Made by a program: the position numbers and the translations under genes. From Acutalibacteraceae bacterium (lineage in GTDB: Bacteria > Bacillota_I > Bacilli_A > RFN20 > CAG-449), in assembly GCA_963610315.1 (NCBI GenBank), contig CAVDMV010000004.1:7381-71380 (forward strand): DNA of 64,000 bases. Reading direction: 5' to 3'. Each line of letters starts with the position of its first letter. The first letter of the stretch is position 1. Shown one piece after another: positions 36,520 to 44,812 of this stretch. Under the pieces are notes generated by a model. The model was not told the origin of the DNA and searched no databases. It saw nothing but the letters and a program-made list of their open reading frames with translations.

Positions 36520-39324
36520 ATGTTAAGACTTAGTAATATCACTAAAACTTATAAATCTGGAGAAACGACTGTCCAAGCTTTAAAAGGTATAAGTCTTTCT
36601 TTTAGAAAAAATGAATTCGTATCTATTTTAGGTCCTTCTGGATGTGGAAAAACTACAACTTTAAATATTATCGGAGGACTTGATAAATATACTTCTGGTG
36701 ATCTTTTTATTGGAGGAGTATCAACTAAAGATTTTAAAGATAGAGATTGGGATGTTTATCGAAACCATCGTATCGGTTTTATTTTCCAAAGCTATAACTT
36801 AATTCCTCATCAAACAGTACTAGGTAACGTTGAACTTGCTTTAACTATTTCTGGAATTTCTAAAAAAGAAAGAATTGAAAAAGCTAAGAAAGCGTTAGAT
36901 AAAGTCGGCTTAAGTGATAAATATTATAAATTACCTAACCAATTATCTGGTGGACAATGTCAAAGAGTCGCGATCGCGCGAGCTTTAGTTAATGAACCAG
37001 AGATTCTTCTCGCGGATGAACCTACTGGTGCGCTTGATACAGAAACTTCTCTTCAAATCATGGAATTAATTAAAGAGATATCAAAAGAAAAATTAGTTAT
37101 CATGGTTACTCATAATCCTGATTTAGCTTATAAATATTCAACTCGTATTATCTCTTTATTGGATGGAGAAGTAGAAAGTGATACAAATCCTTTTAGTGAA
37201 GAAGATGAAATTAAAGAATGTGAAAAAATTAAATTAGACACGGGATATAACGAAGAAACGGCATCTAAAGAAAAAGCAAAGATGTCACTTTGGACCGCGA
37301 TTAAGTTATCTGCGAAGAACTTATTTACGAAAAGAAAAAGAACTGCTTTAGTTTCTCTAGCTGGTTCTATCGGTATTGTTGGAGTATCAATGGTCCTCGC
37401 GGTTAGTTCAGGAGTACAAGGTTATATTACTTCAATGCAAGATGATATGTTATCAGGTTATCCAATAACAATCGCGGAATCAAGTTATGATTTAACTTCA
37501 ATGATGTCAGGGTCTTCATCTCGAGATGCAATCACAAAACTAGAAGTACAAGACGGAAAAGTAAATGTTAACAAGATGGTTGAATATCTTCTTGAGATGA
37601 GTAAATCTCAACAAGATTTATTAGTCTCTAATGAAATTGATGAAAATTATATTAAGTTCATAAAAGATATGCCTTCAAGTTATTACGCGGCGATTAATTA
37701 TGAATATGGCATTAATCCAACTAATAATATCTATACTTCCTTTAAAGCGAGAAGAGATGGAGAAAGTAAAACTCAATCATTATCTTCAATTCTAGAAAAT
37801 TATAAAGCTGTATTAGATTCAACTGATGAATATAAATCTTTATCGACTTATATTGATATGTTCGCGAATAGTATCGCACAAGCACCAGGTAATACTGATT
37901 ACGTTCTTTCTCAATATGATGTTTTAGAAGGTAAAGTAGCTACTAAAGCAAATGAAGTAATGCTTGTAGTATCGAAAAAGACTGAACTTGCCGATGTTCT
38001 TTTTGGTGAGATGGGCTATTATGCACAAGATGAATTCTTATCATTATGCTATAAAGCTGCGGATGAAACAGAACAAAATAAAAACAATAACTATGATGAA
38101 GATTTATTAAAATATCGTTTTACATATGAAGAAATCATGGATAAATCATTCTATTATTTACCAAATGATATGATTTATACAAAAAATAATAATCCTTTAA
38201 GTGGGGTTGAATTTGATTACACTTATTCTATGAATGATGAAGCAGCTTCTTCTCAAGGTGTTGAATTAAAAGTAGTTGGTATTCTTAGACCAAAAGATTC
38301 AATTTCTTATGGATGTTTATCATCAGGCTTTTATTACACAGAAGCTTTTACAAATTTATATTTAAAAGATAATTTAAATTCTGAAATATCCACTTTTATT
38401 AATTCTAAAGATGGTAAACAAATTACAAGTGGATCATATTCTACAACAGTTGGTGAACAAAAATTTACAATCGAATCAGGTGTAGCTTATGATTTAGAAT
38501 ATGAATACGATAAATATGATGCTTCAGGTAATAAAACTAAGGAAACAGCAAGTAAGCGTTGCTTTATTGGTGATTCTAACCAAGCTAGTTCCTTATTAGG
38601 CATTATTAGTAGTTACATGCCAGGGAGTGGAGGATCTTCTTCTAGCGTTAACAATATGAAGACATTATCTTCTCGTAGCGTAGGAGGAATAGATATTCCT
38701 AATGAAATAAGCGTCTATCCATTAAATTTTGATTCAAAATATCTAGTTACTGATTATTTAGATAAATGGAACGCTCATGAAGATATTACTTTAAGTGATG
38801 GTTCTATTATTTCATATAATAATTATTCAACTGATAAAGATGGTAAAGCGATTACTAGATCAGAAATTAAATATACTGATACAATCGGATTAATTATTAC
38901 ATTGATTAATACTTTAATTAATGTCGTTTCAATTTCATTAATTTGCTTCACTGCCTTATCTTTAGTTGTTTCAACGGTTATGATTGGTATTATTACTTAT
39001 GTATCAGTTGTAGAAAGAATAAAAGAAATTGGTGTTATTAGATCTCTTGGTGGTCGAAAGAGAGATGTATCTAACTTATTTATCGCTGAAACTGTTATTA
39101 TCGGTTTAGTTAGCGGCATCTTTGGTATCGGTATAACTTATGTTGCCTCTGCAATTGTTAATGTTTCTTTATATGATATGGCAGGATTTAATGTATGCGC
39201 ATTACCTGCTTCTCAAGCATTCATCATGATCGGTGTCAGCGTATTATTAACATTAATCTCTGGCTTATTCCCAGCGAGAAGTGCCGCGAGAAAAGACCCA
39301 GTTGTCGCATTAAGAACTGAATAA
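36520..39324 (+). CDS. Fused MacB-type ABC transporter (ATPase + TM + very large extracytoplasmic domain + FtsX bundle)
   Basis: Walker A GPSGCGKTT, LSGGQCQR, ADEPTGALD. TM1 near aa 276-298, ~490-aa extracytoplasmic region, C-terminal FtsX module (IGVIRSLGGRKRD). Confidence 0.9.
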   Translation: MLRLSNITKTYKSGETTVQALKGISLSFRKNEFVSILGPSGCGKTTTLNIIGGLDKYTSGDLFIGGVSTKDFKDRDWDVYRNHRIGFIFQSYNLIPHQTVLGNVELALTISGISKKERIEKAKKALDKVGLSDKYYKLPNQLSGGQCQRVAIARALVNEPEILLADEPTGALDTETSLQIMELIKEISKEKLVIMVTHNPDLAYKYSTRIISLLDGEVESDTNPFSEEDEIKECEKIKLDTGYNEETASKEKAKMSLWTAIKLSAKNLFTKRKRTALVSLAGSIGIVGVSMVLAVSSGVQGYITSMQDDMLSGYPITIAESSYDLTSMMSGSSSRDAITKLEVQDGKVNVNKMVEYLLEMSKSQQDLLVSNEIDENYIKFIKDMPSSYYAAINYEYGINPTNNIYTSFKARRDGESKTQSLSSILENYKAVLDSTDEYKSLSTYIDMFANSIAQAPGNTDYVLSQYDVLEGKVATKANEVMLVVSKKTELADVLFGEMGYYAQDEFLSLCYKAADETEQNKNNNYDEDLLKYRFTYEEIMDKSFYYLPNDMIYTKNNNPLSGVEFDYTYSMNDEAASSQGVELKVVGILRPKDSISYGCLSSGFYYTEAFTNLYLKDNLNSEISTFINSKDGKQITSGSYSTTVGEQKFTIESGVAYDLEYEYDKYDASGNKTKETASKRCFIGDSNQASSLLGIISSYMPGSGGSSSSVNNMKTLSSRSVGGIDIPNEISVYPLNFDSKYLVTDYLDKWNAHEDITLSDGSIISYNNYSTDKDGKAITRSEIKYTDTIGLIITLINTLINVVSISLICFTALSLVVSTVMIGIITYVSVVERIKEIGVIRSLGGRKRDVSNLFIAETVIIGLVSGIFGIGITYVASAIVNVSLYDMAGFNVCALPASQAFIMIGVSVLLTLISGLFPARSAARKDPVVALRTE

Positions 39325-39332
39325 TAAACAAG

Positions 39333-39363
39333 GTGCAATAAAATTGCTTATTGCACTTTTTTT
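39333..39363 (+). terminator. Terminator after the fused ABC transporter
   Basis: Stem GTGCAATAA / TTATTGCAC followed by T7. Confidence 0.75.
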
Positions 39364-39396
39364 ACAACTGTATAAAATATAATTAATAGGAGATAA

Positions 39397-40296
39397 ATGT
39401 TTATGAAAGAAATAGTAATTAAATCAAGCGATGGTTATGAACTTAACGTCCATGCTTTTGAAGTAGAAAATCCAAAAGGATATATTCAACTTCTTCACGG
39501 CATGGAAGAACATCAAGAAAGATATGAGCCTCTTGCAAAAGTTTTAAATGATGCAGGTTATACTTTCTTTACTTCTGATATGCGTGGACATGGTTTTAAA
39601 GCACCAAAACTAGGTTATTTTAAAGAAAAAGAAGGTTATAAATATTTATTAGAAGACTATAAGACTATTACTAAATATATTAAAGATACATATAAAGTTG
39701 ATAAAGTAATTATCTTCGCTCATTCAATGGGTACAATTACAACGAGAAACTTATTGATGAGTGAATCAAAAGATTACGAGAAAGTTATTCTTTCTGGTTA
39801 TCCTTGTCCTCAACCAGCGGCAGGAATAGGAATTATAGTTGCAAGCATCATACAAAAATTCCATGGTGGAGAATATCATTCAAAGTTCTTACAAAATCTC
39901 GCGATTGGAGGATTTAATAAGAAAGTAGAAAATCCACGTACCGACTTAGATTGGTTAAGCTTTGATGAAGAAAATGTCGATAAATATATTCGTGATCCTT
40001 TCTGCGGACATGGATTCACTTGTTCAGCTTTAAATGATTTATTCCATTTAACAAAGTATATGTCTAAAGCAAGTTTATATCATGATGTAAATAAAGATTT
40101 ACCTATTCTTCTTTTAAGAGGAGATTCAGATCCTTGTACAGGATTTGATAAGGGGGCAATAAAATCTAAAAAAGTTCTTACAAAAGCTGGATTTAATAAT
40201 ATAAAAGAAGTTAAGTATGAAACAATGCGTCACGAAATCTTAAATGAAAAAGAAAAAGAAAAAGTTTATAGTGATGTATTAAATTTCTTAGGCTAA
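39397..40296 (+). CDS. Alpha/beta hydrolase (lysophospholipase / monoacylglycerol lipase-like)
   Basis: HGMEEH oxyanion region, nucleophile elbow AHSMG, C-terminal Asp/His (GDSDP, MRHEIL). Confidence 0.85.
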   Translation: MFMKEIVIKSSDGYELNVHAFEVENPKGYIQLLHGMEEHQERYEPLAKVLNDAGYTFFTSDMRGHGFKAPKLGYFKEKEGYKYLLEDYKTITKYIKDTYKVDKVIIFAHSMGTITTRNLLMSESKDYEKVILSGYPCPQPAAGIGIIVASIIQKFHGGEYHSKFLQNLAIGGFNKKVENPRTDLDWLSFDEENVDKYIRDPFCGHGFTCSALNDLFHLTKYMSKASLYHDVNKDLPILLLRGDSDPCTGFDKGAIKSKKVLTKAGFNNIKEVKYETMRHEILNEKEKEKVYSDVLNFLG

Positions 40297-40297
40297 G

Positions 40298-40345
40298 AAA
40301 AAAAGACTGTTAGAAACCTCAAAGTTAATAACAGTCTTTTGTTTT
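40298..40345. terminator. Bidirectional terminator between the hydrolase gene and mntP
   Basis: 11-bp stem AAAGACTGTTA / TAACAGTCTTT with A/T runs on both sides. Confidence 0.7.
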
Positions 40346-40347
40346 GC

Positions 40348-41013
40348 TTAAAAATGAAATAGAACTTGTAAACCAGAAACTACATCACTGAAGTTAGTAA
40401 AATAAATTTCGAGTCCAATCGCGATAAGAATAATTCCTCCGGCAATGGTGGCTTTGTTTGAAAATATTGTACCGAATTTTTTACCGATGAATACTGCCGC
40501 GACACTAATTGCGAAGGTGACAATACCAACAATACCGAAAGTTAAATAAGCGTCTAAAGGAGTTCTTTCACCATAAATAATACCTACGCTTAAAGCATCA
40601 ATACTAGTTGCGATTGCTTGAATGAATAAAGTTTTAATTGTTAATTCTTTAATAGATACTTCTTCATTTTTATTTTCTTCTATATTCTTTTTAGCTTCTT
40701 TTCCTTCTTTAATTCCTTCAATAATCATCTTAATACCTAAGAAAGAAAGAATAATTAAAGCAATCCAAGGAACTAAGTATGAGAATACTCTAGAGAAATT
40801 TTCTCCTAAAAAAGAATTAAAGACTGTAACAGCGAGATATCCGAGTACTGGCATTAATATTTGGAATACTCCAAAAAATGATGCGATTAAGAATATCTTC
40901 CTTAATTTCATTTTTGGTTCAGCTAAACCATTTGCCATTGATACTGCGCAGGCATCCATCGCGAGTCCTGCTCCGAGTCCAATTGCAGTAATAATAAATA
41001 AAAACACTTCCAT
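40348..41013 (-). CDS. mntP: Manganese efflux pump MntP (DUF204 family)
   Basis: 221 aa, six TM segments with the duplicated DA(C/L)(A/S)V motif (AMDACAVSM, SIDALSVGI). Preceded by a yybP-ykoY riboswitch. Confidence 0.85.
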   Translation of the reverse strand: MEVFLFIITAIGLGAGLAMDACAVSMANGLAEPKMKLRKIFLIASFFGVFQILMPVLGYLAVTVFNSFLGENFSRVFSYLVPWIALIILSFLGIKMIIEGIKEGKEAKKNIEENKNEEVSIKELTIKTLFIQAIATSIDALSVGIIYGERTPLDAYLTFGIVGIVTFAISVAAVFIGKKFGTIFSNKATIAGGIILIAIGLEIYFTNFSDVVSGLQVLFHF

Positions 41014-41041
41014 TTGATGATCCCCTTATCTAAATGTTTCC

Positions 41042-41166
41042 AAAAAGAAAGACTTATGCAAAAAACAAAAAGTCTTTCACATAAGTCTCGTTAATTAAGA
41101 TTGAACCTGAGTTTCCTCAGTATGTAGGCCAATCACTCTATTGAGCTAACTACTCTCTTACTGAAC
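41042..41166 (-). promoter_or_regulatory. yybP-ykoY (Mn2+) riboswitch with a terminator-type expression platform
   Basis: Minus-strand RNA contains AAGAGAGUAG, CUACAUAC and AACGAGACUU, the conserved L1/L3 elements. Followed by competing hairpins GACUUAUG/CAUAAGUC and GAAAGACUU/AAGUCUUUC plus a U-run. Confidence 0.82.
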
Positions 41167-41169
41167 GTA

Positions 41170-41198
41170 ATTATATCAATATAGTTAGCTTATTTCAA
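41170..41198 (-). promoter_or_regulatory. Promoter of the riboswitch-mntP unit
   Basis: Minus-strand TTGAAA (41198-41193), 17 nt spacer, TATAAT (41175-41170). Confidence 0.6.
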
Positions 41199-41323
41199 TA
41201 AATAAATTATCTATTGGTTGTTGTAACTAATTAGCTTTTATTACCTTTATTAACTTAATTGTATTGTTATCGAATCTAGAATAAAGTAGAAAAGCAGGCT
41301 CATCAATAGACATAGTGCCTTTA

Positions 41324-41860
41324 TTATGATTGCTCTATTTTAGTAATTGTTACATTTGCCTTTCCAATAGGTAAATTAGTCGTATCATCAACAAAATAAT
41401 GAGTCATTTCAATTAATATTCCTTCACTATTCCAAGAATAACTTTCAGTATATTGGGAATTTTTTAATAGAGAATAGTCTTCAACTTTAATTTTATCTTT
41501 AAATACATAATATGTTTTCATATCAGCATTGTTAGTATAAATGATATAATCTCGTAAAATAAAGTTAAGTTCTAAATAATCCGCGATTGCTTTTTCATAC
41601 GTATTAAAAGTTTTATAATCGGCTAGATCATAATAAAATCCATAAATAGAAGATGTGTGTATTTTTAAATTAATATCATTGCTAACACTAGAATTTAAAT
41701 TTTCATATGTCCCTTTAAGATTATAGTACTGAGATTCTTCTCTTCTATTTTTTAAAAATGCAATTCCTGTTCTAACAAAATCCTCATGACTAACAACATT
41801 ACTGCAACTAGATAATAGCAATAAAGGAAAGATTAATAAATTTATTAATTTATATTTCAT
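41324..41860 (-). CDS. Small lipoprotein, unknown function (paralog of 41866-42435)
   Basis: Signal peptide plus lipobox LLSSC. Shares H.DF..GI and SWNS.GIL blocks with the upstream gene. Confidence 0.75.
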   Translation of the reverse strand: MKYKLINLLIFPLLLLSSCSNVVSHEDFVRTGIAFLKNRREESQYYNLKGTYENLNSSVSNDINLKIHTSSIYGFYYDLADYKTFNTYEKAIADYLELNFILRDYIIYTNNADMKTYYVFKDKIKVEDYSLLKNSQYTESYSWNSEGILIEMTHYFVDDTTNLPIGKANVTITKIEQS

Positions 41861-41865
41861 ACTAA

Positions 41866-42435
41866 TTACTCCTCATAAGAAAAATTTAATTTCAATACAT
41901 AATAAATCATATTAAATTCAACAGAACCTGTACTCGCGATTTCTAAATATTCTAATAATCCATAACTATTCCACGTAAATACATCAATATATGTTTCTCC
42001 ACAATGATTTTCGAAACAACCTTCGAAAAAATAACTCTTTTCGATCTTACATCCGTTTTCACTGGTAAAATATTTAACATCATTAAAATCATCTTCTATA
42101 CAAAGATAATAATAAGGAGTTATTTCTCCTCTTATATGTGTTGATATATCATAATTTAGTTCGATTTTCGGATCATCTTCTATAACTATATCTTTATCCT
42201 TAACACTTCCGACGCGATTAATTTGATTTATCTTATTTTCACGATAAAAAAATTGAGTCCCGGTAATTGTAACTTTGGTAAAATTGTCAACTCTATTAAT
42301 ACATTCAATACCCTTTAAAGCAAAATCAATATGTTTAACTTCTTTAAATCTATCTTTATCAGGAGAGGAATTACATGAAAAATTAGGAATCATTAAACAT
42401 AAAAGTAAAAATATTTTTATAAATTTATTCTTCAT
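41866..42435 (-). CDS. Small lipoprotein, unknown function (paralog of 41324-41860)
   Basis: Start set at ATG 42435, preceded by AGGAGG. Lipobox NFSC; TWNSYGLL block. Confidence 0.75.
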   Translation of the reverse strand: MKNKFIKIFLLLCLMIPNFSCNSSPDKDRFKEVKHIDFALKGIECINRVDNFTKVTITGTQFFYRENKINQINRVGSVKDKDIVIEDDPKIELNYDISTHIRGEITPYYYLCIEDDFNDVKYFTSENGCKIEKSYFFEGCFENHCGETYIDVFTWNSYGLLEYLEIASTGSVEFNMIYYVLKLNFSYEE

Positions 42436-42445
42436 AAAGTTCCTC

Positions 42446-43918
42446 CTAACTAAGTAACATATCATTATAATTAAATGATAATGTTCCATTTATATATGAT
42501 GCATAATCTATATCTGATAATACAATTATACCATTTGGTAATTTATAACTACCATTACTTGTTATATATACGATATCATAAAATGGAGTAAGTCCCATAT
42601 CATAATTTAAATCTAATGTTGCATCACATTCTAAACATATACATTTAGAATTACTAATAGATCCTGGTTTTATAATATGAGGTGATGAACTTTTATAATA
42701 TCCACATTCACATACATCTCCATGAGACTTTCTATCAATATATTTAAATGTATAAATATGTTTAGAACTCTTTTCTAATCCGCATACACACTTATATAAA
42801 TGAGTTTTTGCATCATAAGTAACTTCATAGTTATGTTTAAAAGAAGTTTTAACTTCTCCACATATACATTTATATGTATGTAGATTATCAGTATGTTCAT
42901 ATACATAATTATGTTGATGAATACTTTTTAAAGCTTTATAAGCATTAAGTCTACCACCTGTTACACATTTATCTTCTAAAGCATCAATTTTATCAACACT
43001 ACTTAAGATAGCATCTTTTAATTCACTTGTAGTTAAAGAAGGATTATTACTTAATAACAAGGCTGCAACGCCTGTAACCATTGGTGTAGACATCGAAGTT
43101 CCTGAATCAAATTTATAACCACTTTTATCTACTCTAGTAGGAACGCATGAATAAATGTTATCTCCAGGAGCAAATAAATCTACAGAAGTTTTGCCATAAT
43201 TTGAATAATCTGATTTTAAGTCATCGTATGAACTAGCACCTACTGTTATTACATTATTCGCATCAATACAAGCTGGATATCTTTTATAATCTCTAGATGA
43301 ATGATCTAAATTGCACTTATTATTTCCTGCAGAGCAAATAACTAGTCCATTAAATTTTTCAATCGCTTCTTTTAAAAAAACAATACTACTAAAATTATCT
43401 TCTTTACCACTTGAACTTATATTTAATATGTCTATACAATCTTTGGATGCTTGATTAATAGCTTCAATCTGATCTTTATAAGTACCACTATTTTCATTAT
43501 TCATAACTCTATACGAAACTAACTCAATATTTGAGTAATTATTAACACTAGCAATAATGCCTGAAATATGTGTGCCATGTCCATCTTTGGATATATCTCC
43601 CTTAGAACTAAAACTGCTATTATAAGTATAATTATGAAATGTATTTTCGTTACATAATGATTTTAAAGCATCATGATAATATTCAATACCTGTATCTAAA
43701 ACACCAATTCTTATTGTTTTAGTTGGTCTAGATAATTCTAAAGCTTTGTTTAATTCAATTTTATTTTGACCCCATATTTTATAGCTTTCATCGTTATTTC
43801 CATCCAGAGTATCCATATTAGTTGAATTGGCTTCCATTAAATTGTTATTAATATTATCTATAGGTGAAAAATACAATAATCCCATTGTTAGGAATAAGGT
43901 AATATTTATTATATGCAT
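42446..43918 (-). CDS. Secreted subtilisin-like serine protease (S8) with a C-terminal His/Cys-rich repeat region
   Basis: Catalytic triad contexts VLDTGI (D75), HGTHISG (H114), GTSMSTP (S275); oxyanion SAGNN. N-terminal hydrophobic signal/anchor. Three H.Y...H..C.CG repeats at aa 334-431. Confidence 0.9.
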   Translation of the reverse strand: MHIINITLFLTMGLLYFSPIDNINNNLMEANSTNMDTLDGNNDESYKIWGQNKIELNKALELSRPTKTIRIGVLDTGIEYYHDALKSLCNENTFHNYTYNSSFSSKGDISKDGHGTHISGIIASVNNYSNIELVSYRVMNNENSGTYKDQIEAINQASKDCIDILNISSSGKEDNFSSIVFLKEAIEKFNGLVICSAGNNKCNLDHSSRDYKRYPACIDANNVITVGASSYDDLKSDYSNYGKTSVDLFAPGDNIYSCVPTRVDKSGYKFDSGTSMSTPMVTGVAALLLSNNPSLTTSELKDAILSSVDKIDALEDKCVTGGRLNAYKALKSIHQHNYVYEHTDNLHTYKCICGEVKTSFKHNYEVTYDAKTHLYKCVCGLEKSSKHIYTFKYIDRKSHGDVCECGYYKSSSPHIIKPGSISNSKCICLECDATLDLNYDMGLTPFYDIVYITSNGSYKLPNGIIVLSDIDYASYINGTLSFNYNDMLLS

Positions 43919-44011
43919 ACAACAATCCCCTTTTTTTGCACATTATAAGTTTTTTATTTACCTTTGTCAAATTTGAGTATTTTTATTATAATATTATGGA
44001 GAACAAAAATT

Positions 44012-44542
44012 ATGAAATTATTTAGAAACGGAAATTACATTCATTTTGTAAATGATAACAATTTAAAGATAGGGAGTTTATCTCTTTATAACGTAGATAA
44101 TATAAATGTTATTAAAGAGATATCTTTATTAAAGAATTATCAAAAAGAGATCATTGATTATATTAATAATTACTATTATCCAGGCCTTATTATCTTTCCT
44201 TTAATTAGCGAATTAGATAAATCTGATGAAAATTATAATAACTTACTAGATATGTTATTTTCTTTGAAAAATAATAAATTTTATTCTTTAGGATTATATC
44301 TAAATTTTAATTATGCTAAATATGAAGTATTAATAAATTTTCCTTATTCAATTATTCAATGTGAATCATTATTGAATAATCATTTTAAAGAGGAAGTAAA
44401 ATTTTCTATTTCTGAAACTAATCATTTATCTTCTAAGCATCTAACAGGAGAAGATATTGTGATGCTACATGAAAAAAATCAAAAGAGTGATTTACAATCT
44501 AAAGAAGAAAATATTTGTGATCGACACTGGGATGGCGCTTAA
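44012..44542 (+). CDS. Hypothetical cytoplasmic protein (orphan), divergent from the subtilase operon
   Basis: 176-aa N/Y/K-rich ORF. ATG 44012 is preceded by TGGAGA and a TATAAT. I recognise no motif. Confidence 0.55.
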   Translation: MKLFRNGNYIHFVNDNNLKIGSLSLYNVDNINVIKEISLLKNYQKEIIDYINNYYYPGLIIFPLISELDKSDENYNNLLDMLFSLKNNKFYSLGLYLNFNYAKYEVLINFPYSIIQCESLLNNHFKEEVKFSISETNHLSSKHLTGEDIVMLHEKNQKSDLQSKEENICDRHWDGA

Positions 44543-44566
44543 ATAAGACTTTCGAAAAAATCGGTT

Positions 44567-44578
44567 CTTGTATACAAG
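44567..44578. promoter_or_regulatory. Perfect 12-bp palindrome CTTGTATACAAG (second copy)
   Basis: Identical to 414-425. Lies 235 bp upstream of the mal-operon start codon. Confidence 0.4.
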
Positions 44579-44721
44579 ATATTTTAATTTTTGCAAAAAA
44601 ACGATTGCATTATTTTTTATTTGTGTTAATGAAAGAGCCGATTTTTTAGCTAGATGAGACTAAAATAATAAAAATAATGAACAAAATCGAAATTTATGTT
44701 TAATTTAAGGTTCAAGTGTGA

Positions 44722-44735
44722 TGAAATCGCTTACA
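44722..44735 (+). promoter_or_regulatory. Catabolite-responsive element (cre) TGAAATCGCTTACA
   Basis: Matches all constrained positions of TGWAANCGNTNWCA. Overlaps the putative -35 of the operon promoter. Confidence 0.7.
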
Positions 44736-44758
44736 TTTAATTTTTTCAATGTTATAAT
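44730..44758 (+). promoter_or_regulatory. Promoter of the maltodextrin/starch operon
   Basis: CTTACA (-35-like), 17 nt spacer, extended -10 TGTTATAAT at 44750-44758. Confidence 0.6.
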
Positions 44759-44812
44759 ATTTATTGCAGATAGAAAAAAGCGCTTAGTGCGTAATTTTAT
44801 GGAGGCGAAATT

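Noticed and set aside
41324-44542. Subtilase cassette considered as a mobile genetic element or prophage remnant
   Set aside because: There is no integrase, transposase, tRNA attachment site or flanking direct or inverted repeats that I could find. Only compositional oddity supports horizontal origin, so it is reported as an accessory cassette and not as a mobile element.
44591-44608. TGCAAAAAAACGATTGCA upstream of the mal operon considered as a LacI/MalR-type operator
   Set aside because: The TGCAA/TTGCA half-sites are separated by 8 nt. That gives an 18-nt site, not the 14-nt TGCAAnCGnTTGCA-type palindrome. There is no LacI-family gene in the window to support it.
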